Source: a bacterium (GTDB lineage Bacteria; Zhuqueibacterota; Zhuqueibacteria; Oceanimicrobiales; Oceanimicrobiaceae). From it: DNA of 42,762 nt. Below, piece by piece: positions 35,293 through 42,762 of the stretch. Position 1 is the stretch's first letter; each line of letters begins with the position of its first letter. A model generated the notes under the pieces. That model saw only the letters and a list, made by a program, of their open reading frames with translations. It searched no databases and was not told the DNA's origin. The stretch is taken from the NCBI GenBank assembly GCA_046757525.1, contig JBHHYI010000014.1, positions 1-42,762 on the forward strand, in the 5' to 3' direction. A program made the position numbers and the translations under genes.

Positions 35293-38200
35293 AGTCGTTC
35301 CAACTCTTAACTTGCAATTCCGACGGTTGCTTGCGGGCCAAAGATTCCACAAATAGTTTCGCAAGCTGGAGATTGGTAATCAGCGGGATGCCGTAATCCA
35401 CGGCTTTGCGACGAATGATGTAGTCGTTGGTCAGTTCTTCTTCTTGAAAATTCTTAGGGATGTTGATCACCAGATCGATCTTTTCGTCGCTCAGGAATTC
35501 CAAGACATTGGGGCTTTTCTTCTCAAGAGGCCAATTCAATACCTTGGTTTTGATGCCATACTGCTGCATGAATTCAGAGGTCCCCTGGGTTGAATAGAGC
35601 TGCACACCTAATTCGTTGAGAATTCTGGCACTGGAGATGAACTCAGCCTTTTGTTCCAAAGGCCCGGTAGAAATCAAAACCGACCGAATGGGCAGTTTGA
35701 ATCCAACAGAGATCAAAGCTTTCAAGAAAGCCTCCTCAAAGTCGTCGCCCATGCAGCCAACCTCTCCAGTAGAAGCCATTTCGACGCCTAAAGTGGGATC
35801 AGCACCCTGAAGTCGTGTGAACGAGAATTGGGGCGCTTTTACGCCGACGTACTCCAGTTCCATGAACGATTTGCCCCGATTGTTCACCTCTGCACCGACG
35901 AGCACGCGGGTAGCGATGTCGATGAAATTCACCCTGTAAACCTTGGAGACAAACGGGAAGCTTCGCGAGGCGCGCAAATTACACTCGATGACTTTCACGT
36001 TGTTATTTTTGGCGATGAATTGCATGTTGACGGGTCCGGTGATTTGTAAAGCGCGGGCGATTTTTCTCGAAATGCTGCGTATCTTGCGGATGGTTTCAAT
36101 GTAAGTGCGCTGAGGCGGTAACACCAGGGTGGCATCGCCAGAATGGACGCCAGCGTTTTCAACGTGTTCAGAGATGGCGTAGACCACCAGTTCGCCGTCT
36201 CTGGCAACGGCATCCAGTTCAATTTCTTTAGCATTTTCCAGGAATTTGCTGATCACCACGGGATATTCTTTCGAAATCTCTTCGGCCCGTTCCAAAAACC
36301 TGGTCAGTTCGGCGTCGTTGGAAGCAACCCCCATGGCCGCACCGCTCAACACATACGACGGCCGCACAAGAACCGGATATTGCACTTGTTGAGCAAACGC
36401 CTTGGCTTCTTCCAACGAAACCAGCTCACGCCACTCCGGCTGGTCAATCTGGAGCTGGTCCAAAAGCATGGAAAACTTGTGGCGATTTTCAGCCTGGTCG
36501 ATGCTTTCGGTGGACGTACCGAGAATCTTCAGTCCAGCTTGCTTGAGCCTCAAAGCCAAATTGTTGGCAATCTGTCCACCCATGGAGATAATGATGCCCA
36601 GCGGCTGCTCCTTTTCGTAGATCTCTGAGATGGCCTCGAGGCTGATTTCATCGAAATAGAGACGATCGCATTCGTCATAATCCGTGCTGACCGTTTCGGG
36701 ATTGTAGTTGATCATAATAGTCTGGTAGCCTAACTGGCGCAAGGTCATCACCGCATTGACACAGCACCAATCGAATTCTACCGAACTGCCGATGCGGTAG
36801 ACTCCGGAGCCCAGCACGATGATGGTGTTGCCCTGGCCAAAATCTACATCGTCGGCCACGCCATTGTAAGTGAGGTACAAATAATTGGTCTTGGCCGGGT
36901 ACTCCGCGGCCAGGGTGTCGATCTGTTTGACACACGGTTTCAGGCCGTAGTTCTTGCGCATGTCGCGCACTTCTACTTCTTCACAATTCAGAATTCTGGC
37001 TATCTGGAAGTCAGAAAAGCCAGTGCACTTCGCCGCCAGCAAACTGCCTTTCGGGCAGATGCCGTTGCTATATCTCCTCAGCTTATCCTCGACGTCTAAA
37101 ATGTGTTTGATCTTGTAAAGGAACCATTGGTCGATGTTGGTCAAATGGTGCACTTCTTCAATGGCGTAGCCAGACCTTAGCGCTTGAGCAATGACAAAAA
37201 TACGCTCGTCTGTGGGATTGGTAAGCTCGTTCTTTAGATCATCGATTTGCAGATGGCTGTTCCCGGTCAGGCCGTTGACCCCGATTTCCAACATGCGCAG
37301 CGCCTTCTGCAGCGCCTCTTCAAAGGAGCGTCCGATGGCCATGACTTCGCCCACGGATTTCATCCCGGAACCGATACGGGTAGAAACCCGGCGGAATTTC
37401 TTCAGGTCCCAGCGCGGAATTTTAACGACCACGTAGTCCAGGGCCGGCTCAAAACAGGCCATGGTGGTCTGGGTGATGGAATTCTTTAAGTCCGTCAAAC
37501 CGTAGCCCAAAGCCAACTTCGCCGCGATGAAAGCCAGCGGATAACCGGTAGCTTTTGAGGCCAGCGCCGAGCTGCGAGACAGGCGAGCGTTGACTTCGAT
37601 GACCCGGTAATCGCCGGTCTGCGGATTCAGGGCGTATTGAATGTTACACTCTCCGATGATGCCCAGGTGTCGCACCACCTGAATGGCGATTTCCCGCAGT
37701 CGGTGATATTCGTTGTTGTTCAAGGTTTGACTGGGCGCCACCACGATGCTTTCGCCGGTGTGAATGCCCAATGGGTCCAGGTTTTCCATGTTGCACACCG
37801 TAATGCAATTGTCGTAGCAGTCACGCACCACCTCGTATTCGACCTCTTTCCAGCCCTCCAGGTATTCTTCGATGAGAATCTGGTTGGTGTGCGAAAATGC
37901 CTTGCCTGCAAGTTCCTTGACCTCAGTTTCGGAAGTGCAGATTCCCGACCCAAGTCCACCCAGCGCATAAGCAATGCGCATCATCACCGGATAGCCGATC
38001 CTCTTGGCGATTTTCAACGCTTCTTCCGTAGAAGCAACGGCAACGCTGCGGGGCACCTTCACGTCAATCTCCTGCAGCCGCTCCACGAAGCGTCCGCGGT
38101 CTTCAGTGTCCTGTATTGCCTTCAAGGGGCTGCCGAGAACCAGGACTTCATGCTTATCGAAGACCCCCAGATTCGCCAGTTGCAGACCGCAATTGAGCGC

Positions 38201-38476
38201 GGTTTGACCGCCGAAAGCCAGCAAGATGCCGTCCGGTTTCTCCTTCTCGATGACTCGCTCGACAAAACAGGCATTGACAGGCAGAAAATACACGGTGTCT
38301 GCCAGATGCTCAGAAGTTTGAATGGTGGCAATATTCGGATTAACCAAAACCGTAGCGATGCCGGCCTCTTTGAACGCCTTGATGGCCTGGCTGCCGGAGT
38401 AATCGAACTCGCCCGCTTCGCCAATCTTTAGGGCGGAACTGCCCAGAATGATGACTTTGTTGACCTTGATTTGCAT
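35285..38476 (-). CDS. carB: carbamoyl-phosphate synthase large subunit
   Basis: IGEAGEFDYSGSQA, NPNIATIQT, GGQTALN, GIHTGES, EVNARLSRSSALASKATGYP, second ATP-grasp with GSGVYRIGSSVEFDW, C-terminal MGS-like domain. Confidence 0.97.
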   Translation of the reverse strand: MQIKVNKVIILGSSALKIGEAGEFDYSGSQAIKAFKEAGIATVLVNPNIATIQTSEHLADTVYFLPVNACFVERVIEKEKPDGILLAFGGQTALNCGLQLANLGVFDKHEVLVLGSPLKAIQDTEDRGRFVERLQEIDVKVPRSVAVASTEEALKIAKRIGYPVMMRIAYALGGLGSGICTSETEVKELAGKAFSHTNQILIEEYLEGWKEVEYEVVRDCYDNCITVCNMENLDPLGIHTGESIVVAPSQTLNNNEYHRLREIAIQVVRHLGIIGECNIQYALNPQTGDYRVIEVNARLSRSSALASKATGYPLAFIAAKLALGYGLTDLKNSITQTTMACFEPALDYVVVKIPRWDLKKFRRVSTRIGSGMKSVGEVMAIGRSFEEALQKALRMLEIGVNGLTGNSHLQIDDLKNELTNPTDERIFVIAQALRSGYAIEEVHHLTNIDQWFLYKIKHILDVEDKLRRYSNGICPKGSLLAAKCTGFSDFQIARILNCEEVEVRDMRKNYGLKPCVKQIDTLAAEYPAKTNYLYLTYNGVADDVDFGQGNTIIVLGSGVYRIGSSVEFDWCCVNAVMTLRQLGYQTIMINYNPETVSTDYDECDRLYFDEISLEAISEIYEKEQPLGIIISMGGQIANNLALRLKQAGLKILGTSTESIDQAENRHKFSMLLDQLQIDQPEWRELVSLEEAKAFAQQVQYPVLVRPSYVLSGAAMGVASNDAELTRFLERAEEISKEYPVVISKFLENAKEIELDAVARDGELVVYAISEHVENAGVHSGDATLVLPPQRTYIETIRKIRSISRKIARALQITGPVNMQFIAKNNNVKVIECNLRASRSFPFVSKVYRVNFIDIATRVLVGAEVNNRGKSFMELEYVGVKAPQFSFTRLQGADPTLGVEMASTGEVGCMGDDFEEAFLKALISVGFKLPIRSVLISTGPLEQKAEFISSARILNELGVQLYSTQGTSEFMQQYGIKTKVLNWPLEKKSPNVLEFLSDEKIDLVINIPKNFQEEELTNDYIIRRKAVDYGIPLITNLQLAKLFVESLARKQPSELQVKSWNDYA

Positions 38477-38477
38477 C

Positions 38478-39539
38478 TTAGAGCATCGCTACAAATTCGT
38501 CGAACAGGTAGCCCGTGTCCAGTGGACCCGGTGCTGCTTCAGGATGAAACTGCACCCCGATAAAGGGTTTGCTGCGGTGCCGAATGCCCTCGTTGGTACC
38601 GTCGTTGGCGTTAAAAAACCACGGTTCCCAATCACCAGTCAAGGTGTTTTCGTCTACTGCGTACCCATGATTCTGTGAGGTGATGTAGCAGCGTTTGCTG
38701 CCCACCAGGACACAAGGCTGATTCTGTCCTCGGTGACCATATTTTAGCTTGTACGTATCGGCCCCGGCCGCCCGCGCCAAAACTTGATTTCCCAGGCAGA
38801 TGCCAAAAGTGGGAATCTCTTCATCCAGCGCCTTTCTCACCGAGTCAATCGTTTCCTGGCACATCTTCGGATCTCCCGGCCCGTTCGAAATCAGAATGCC
38901 GTCGCACGGCTCCCGGGAGAGGTCCCAGTCCCACGGCACCACCAATACCGAGACACCCCTGCGCAAAAGCGAACGCAGGATGTTCAACTTGCAACCGCAG
39001 TCGATCAACAACACGCGTTTCTTGCCGTTGCCAAACGACAGCGGTGCTTTTGGAGAAACCTGAGCCACCAGATTTCGAGTGTTGGGATCGGCAAACTGCA
39101 CGTCGTTGTCTTGAACGATGAGCTTGCCTAACAGACTGCCCTGGGTGCGCAATTTCTGTGTCAACAGCCGCGTGTCGACCCCGCAGATTCCCGGGACCTT
39201 GCTGGTTTTCAACCAGGCATCGAGCTTGGAGTGTCCACCCCAGTGGCTAAACTCCGTCGAGTGTTGTGAAACGATCAATCCGGTGATGTGGATTCGGTCA
39301 GACTCGAATTCCGTTTCAGTGATTGCCTGGCCTTTCGCAAGCTGCGCAGGAACGCCGTAGTTGCCAATGAGTGGGTAAGTCAGGACGAGAATCTGGCCTT
39401 CATAAGAAGGGTCCGTAAAACATTCAGGGTAGCCCACCATGCCGGTATTAAAAACGACCTCTCCAGCAACAGAATTAGGGCAGCCAAAGGCCTCACCCTG
39501 AAATTCCGAACCGTCCTGTAGTATGAGATTTGCGATCAT
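38478..39539 (-). CDS. carA: carbamoyl-phosphate synthase small (glutaminase) subunit
   Basis: GEVVFNTGMVGY..TDPSY.GQI, SNGPGDP, FGICLG (catalytic Cys), QNHGYAV, QFHPEA.PGP. Confidence 0.97.
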   Translation of the reverse strand: MIANLILQDGSEFQGEAFGCPNSVAGEVVFNTGMVGYPECFTDPSYEGQILVLTYPLIGNYGVPAQLAKGQAITETEFESDRIHITGLIVSQHSTEFSHWGGHSKLDAWLKTSKVPGICGVDTRLLTQKLRTQGSLLGKLIVQDNDVQFADPNTRNLVAQVSPKAPLSFGNGKKRVLLIDCGCKLNILRSLLRRGVSVLVVPWDWDLSREPCDGILISNGPGDPKMCQETIDSVRKALDEEIPTFGICLGNQVLARAAGADTYKLKYGHRGQNQPCVLVGSKRCYITSQNHGYAVDENTLTGDWEPWFFNANDGTNEGIRHRSKPFIGVQFHPEAAPGPLDTGYLFDEFVAML

Positions 39540-39586
39540 GATTCACAAATGGCATTCAAAAATTTGGAGATTCCAATGGTCGATTC

Positions 39587-39615
39587 AATGTAGCAAAAAA
39601 ATCACACAATTCCAA
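39587..39615 (-). promoter_or_regulatory. candidate internal sigma-70 promoter upstream of carA
   Basis: Minus strand TTGGAA-17 bp-TACATT with an extended -10 TGn, in an AT-rich 107-bp gap. Confidence 0.35.
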
Positions 39616-39646
39616 TAGAATTTGTATTTCCTTTAATTACATTAGG

Positions 39647-40744
39647 TTAACTTTTCACAAGCTTGAAGAATAACTGCTCATAATCCGCGGCAACTTTGTC
39701 CCAGGAATAATGTTCCTGGATGCGCTGCATGGCCCTCTGGCCAGCGGTGGTAACCACCTCGGGGTGATCCAACAGGTACTGCATTTTCTCGGCCAGCTCT
39801 CCGTTGTTTTTCGTGCTGAAAAAGAAACCGGTGTCGCTCAAAACTTCCCGGTGTTCTGGCACGTCGTTGGCCAGAATGCAGTTGCCGTGGCCCATGCCTT
39901 CTAAAAGGGCCGGGTGCGTGCCACCAACTTCCGTGCCCTGGACGTAAAAATAGGCGTTGGACTGCAGTTCCCGATACCCCTGACCAAACACGTAGCCCGT
40001 AAAAATGATCCGCGGATCCCGGGTCTTTTTCAAATCCTGAATGTACTTGCCGTTGTAAGGCGCATCCCCGACGATGACACATTTCAAATTCGTCTTTACT
40101 TTTTCAAACGCCTTAACCACCAAATGGGCATTGTTCTCCGGTTCCAGGCGGCTGACAAACAGAACGTATTGTTTTGGTTTGAGGTCAAACTTCTTCAAGA
40201 CTTCGTCCGTTTCAACCCGACCTACCGGTGAGCCGTACGGAATGTAAGTGGAAGCTTTTTTGAACTTAGCCAGGTAATACCTTTCGATGTCGCGGGCGTC
40301 GGTGACAATTTCGTTGGCGGTAAATGTGGCCATTCGCTCAGAAAGGAGATAAAACCAGCGGCCAAGCTTGTTCCATTTGGCCCGTTTCCATTCCAGGCCA
40401 TCCACGTTAATCGCTACGGGAGTACCAACTAAACGGGGAATAAACGCGCAATAGGCGTTGGCGCTGTTGCAGATCAAAATGGCGTCGTAGCGTTCTTTTA
40501 AAGCGTGCAGCGCACACAAAAAGGTATGGGCAACGGTGTCGAAATACTTATGCGAAATGGTCGGAAGAATGACCAAACGGACGCCCTTGTAATAGGGGCC
40601 CTGGTAGTCGATGATGTTGGCTCGACCGTAAACCGTCACCTCGTGACCTTTGCGAACCAGCCTCGGTGCCAGTTGTTCAGCAAAGGTTTCGAACCCGCCG
40701 TAATTGGCGGGGATGCCCCGAATACCCATGATAGCAATCTTCAT
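39647..40744 (-). CDS. glycosyltransferase, GT4 family with DUF1972-type N-terminus
   Basis: MKIAIMGIRGIPANYGGFETF, NVDGLEWKRAKW, RLEPENN, VGGTHPALLE. Confidence 0.92.
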   Translation of the reverse strand: MKIAIMGIRGIPANYGGFETFAEQLAPRLVRKGHEVTVYGRANIIDYQGPYYKGVRLVILPTISHKYFDTVAHTFLCALHALKERYDAILICNSANAYCAFIPRLVGTPVAINVDGLEWKRAKWNKLGRWFYLLSERMATFTANEIVTDARDIERYYLAKFKKASTYIPYGSPVGRVETDEVLKKFDLKPKQYVLFVSRLEPENNAHLVVKAFEKVKTNLKCVIVGDAPYNGKYIQDLKKTRDPRIIFTGYVFGQGYRELQSNAYFYVQGTEVGGTHPALLEGMGHGNCILANDVPEHREVLSDTGFFFSTKNNGELAEKMQYLLDHPEVVTTAGQRAMQRIQEHYSWDKVAADYEQLFFKLVKS

Positions 40745-40830
40745 GAAATCTCTTTCCTCGCTCTTGTTAGTCAGTGTCAGGAGTTACCATGCAAGGCAAA
40801 TTTATTTGAATGGTTGCGAAGCCGTTCATC

Positions 40831-42498
40831 TCAACTGGACCAGCCAAACACCACCAGGGTGTTTTTCTTATCTGACCAGACTTTTTTAAGCCGGGTTTGG
40901 ATGAATTGTGCCAGTTCGTGAGATACGTATTGCGTTCTGTGCAACCGGTACTTGTCGGCTATTACCCAGCCGTTGGGAGATGCAGCCATGATTTTTTGCA
41001 GGTCGCTAACCGACTCAACCGAAGGAACACCCGTGTAAAATTCGTGGTGCCGGCCGTTGGTTGCAACCGTTTCCCACTTCAGGGATTCGTCTAAATGGGC
41101 CTGGTTTAAATTAAAATCCACGTTGCCCAGGTAATACAAAACCGTCAGGGGTAATGTTGCAAGCACCACGTCGTCAGGACTCCGGTTGTGTGCCACAAAG
41201 TTCGCTGCCCCACGCCAATCGTAGTGGGTCACGACGCCGTTGGTGCCAGCCGAATCAATGCGCGGCAGCTTAACCGCTATGCGGAACCACACGGTGAGCG
41301 GAATCCACAACAGGAACAAAGCCGCCACGACCAGCTTCAACCGGCGCGGACTCATTGCTTTGCCTGAAAGGCGGATTTTTTTCAGAATCTCGGCCCCACG
41401 CAGGGTTTCGCTCGTGTAAATATTAATCAATCCGTAAGCAATAATCAAAACAAAAAATGGGTAGACGTTAAAAATATAATTGGCGATTTTGTACGAAAAC
41501 ACGAAAGAATGAAAAGCCACAGGTACCACGAAGGCCACCGTGAAAAACAGAGCGGTTTTGTTCAAACGTGCAAGAGCCTGAATGGCGCCGATCAAAAACA
41601 ACGCGGCCAATGGGAATTGGTCGCTGGATGTCAAGTACCAGTAGTAGTAGTGCGAATCTTCCGCCCGGGCATAACGCGCCCAGTTCGGGTGAAAGTTCAG
41701 GGCGTACTTGATGAAGGCGGTTAAATTAAACGCCAGCAGTGCGACCACAATCGCCACAGTCGTGAGCACCAGGCACAAAAAGTATTTGGAACTTAAGCTT
41801 TTGGCCGGGCCTTCTTCAAACAAGCGCCCCAGGAAACCGAGCATCCAGTAAACCAGCAAGGTAGCGGCAAACAGCCCGGTCAATTGGTGCACCTTCAGGG
41901 AAACCACAAAGACCAGAGCACTCAGCAAAAGCCAGGGCCAACGCACGCCTTGCGCGTTCAGGTAAACGTCCAGTCTTTGCAGCCAGGCTTTTTTCTCACC
42001 GAGTTTGTGTCGCCTCTCCGCCTCAAAGCCTTTGTAAAACGAGTACACCCCCAGCAAGAACAAGAATTGAAACAACGTGTACATTCGGCACGTGCGCGAC
42101 CAACCAATGGCCGGGTGCGCGAAAGTGAGAAAAAACGCCGCCAGCAAGCCGACTCTGCGGTCAAACAAATCCTGGCCCACCCAATAAATTAGCAGAATCG
42201 ACAAAATGCCAAACACGGCGCTGGGCAGCCGTGCTGAGGATTCGCTTACACCGAACAGGGAAAACGACCAGCCCACCATTTTAGAATAAATCAAGGCTCG
42301 CTCGTTCGCCACTCCGGAAGGGAACCTGGGCGCCTCGTCCTTGCTCAGAGACATGCCAGCGTAGACGTGATTCATTTCGTCCACCCAGAAACTGGGATTG
42401 CCGAGATGGTAAAAACGCAGGTACACCGCACTCAGCAGCAAAAGCACCAGCACGGTGGTTGTAACTTTAGTAGAGAGTTTTTCTTCTCCTGAAATCAT
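40831..42498 (-). CDS. GT-C fold membrane glycosyltransferase (PMT_2/ArnT-like)
   Basis: LRFYHLG..SFWVDE, FGVSESSARLPSA.FG, WSRTCRMY, multi-TM, periplasmic tail DWRGAA.FV. Confidence 0.8.
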   Translation of the reverse strand: MISGEEKLSTKVTTTVLVLLLLSAVYLRFYHLGNPSFWVDEMNHVYAGMSLSKDEAPRFPSGVANERALIYSKMVGWSFSLFGVSESSARLPSAVFGILSILLIYWVGQDLFDRRVGLLAAFFLTFAHPAIGWSRTCRMYTLFQFLFLLGVYSFYKGFEAERRHKLGEKKAWLQRLDVYLNAQGVRWPWLLLSALVFVVSLKVHQLTGLFAATLLVYWMLGFLGRLFEEGPAKSLSSKYFLCLVLTTVAIVVALLAFNLTAFIKYALNFHPNWARYARAEDSHYYYWYLTSSDQFPLAALFLIGAIQALARLNKTALFFTVAFVVPVAFHSFVFSYKIANYIFNVYPFFVLIIAYGLINIYTSETLRGAEILKKIRLSGKAMSPRRLKLVVAALFLLWIPLTVWFRIAVKLPRIDSAGTNGVVTHYDWRGAANFVAHNRSPDDVVLATLPLTVLYYLGNVDFNLNQAHLDESLKWETVATNGRHHEFYTGVPSVESVSDLQKIMAASPNGWVIADKYRLHRTQYVSHELAQFIQTRLKKVWSDKKNTLVVFGWSS

Positions 42499-42517
42499 CT
42501 TTACGCTAAACTCGTTC

Positions 42518-42550
42518 AGAAGGTGACCTTTTTAGAAAAGGTCACCTTCT
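42518..42550. repeat. REP-like palindrome, copy 1
   Basis: agaaggtgacctttt-tag-aaaaggtcaccttct, perfect 15-bp stem. Confidence 0.7.
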
Positions 42551-42671
42551 CTGTTCGCCAATAAACCTTCTGGGAGTCATCCCGATTAGGTCACCGCCGT
42601 TCAGGTGACCGTATCGAGGGGTGAGGCCCGTCGTCCTTCGATTCGTTCCGACCCAAAAGCGGTCTGGACCC

Positions 42672-42706
42672 CAAACGGTGACCTTCTTTGAGAAGGTTAC
42701 CGTTTG
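42672..42706. repeat. REP-like palindrome, copy 2
   Basis: caaacggtgaccttct-ttg-agaaggttaccgtttg, 16-bp stem with one G-U pair; shares the GGTGACCTT core and 3-nt loop with copy 1. Confidence 0.7.
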
Positions 42707-42762
42707 ACAACCCATTGCAAAGAATCTCCCTTTTTGAATGGGAGACAGTTCTTGAAGCGTCC

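Noticed and set aside
36722..36747. Internal 'LRQLGY' in CarB, resembling the LGY tail
   Set aside because: It is mid-protein and part of the normal CarB fold preceding TIMIN.NPETVSTD, not a terminal tag.
37637..38431. 264-aa plus-strand ORF
   Set aside because: Antisense to carB; a typical shadow ORF from codon bias.
42518..42706. Possible CRISPR array from the repeated palindromes
   Set aside because: Only two non-identical copies about 120 bp apart, no regular spacers and no cas genes.
42499..42762. ops/JUMPstart antitermination element expected ahead of a long glycan operon
   Set aside because: I could not find GGCGGTAG on the minus strand here; the true operon start may lie outside the window.

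Overview
One uninterrupted minus-strand cluster of 27 genes (314-42498). Many genes are coupled by 0-8 bp gaps or overlaps, and a clear Rho-independent terminator closes the cluster at about 263-302. It encodes a Wzx/Wzy-type cell-surface polysaccharide pathway: a flippase, a Wzy/O-antigen-ligase-family protein, four GT4 glycosyltransferases, two GT-C membrane glycosyltransferases and an NDP-sugar epimerase/dehydratase. It also carries many tailoring or processing genes: carAB, a NodU/CmcH carbamoyltransferase, a SAM methyltransferase, an FrhB-like Fe-S protein, two membrane-anchored sulfatase-fold proteins lacking the canonical C/S-x-P-x-R motif, three AlkP-superfamily proteins, a heparinase II/III-like lyase and a GH39. 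Reading the proteins against each other shows three shared modules on otherwise unrelated proteins: (i) a C-terminal helical tail '(R/K/Q)L(R/K/Q)xLGY(L/I)' on five proteins from four families; (ii) a ~170-aa, ~5-TM N-terminal anchor on the lyase and both sulfatase-fold proteins; (iii) a terminal 'PAAPxG(L/V)xV' on two predicted exported proteins. A membrane protein resembling the archaeal/eukaryotic DUF106/EMC3/TMCO1 (Oxa1-superfamily) insertases lies in a compact AlkP-AlkP-microprotein module. Non-coding features are a sigma-54 promoter with two tandem TGT-N11-ACA boxes (for a gene left of the window), a 129-bp MITE-like element containing a REP pair, and REP-like hairpins at the right end. 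No initiating phosphoglycosyl transferase or Wzz/Wzc/Wza is visible, so the pathway probably extends beyond the window. All family calls come from motif recognition by eye, not database searches.
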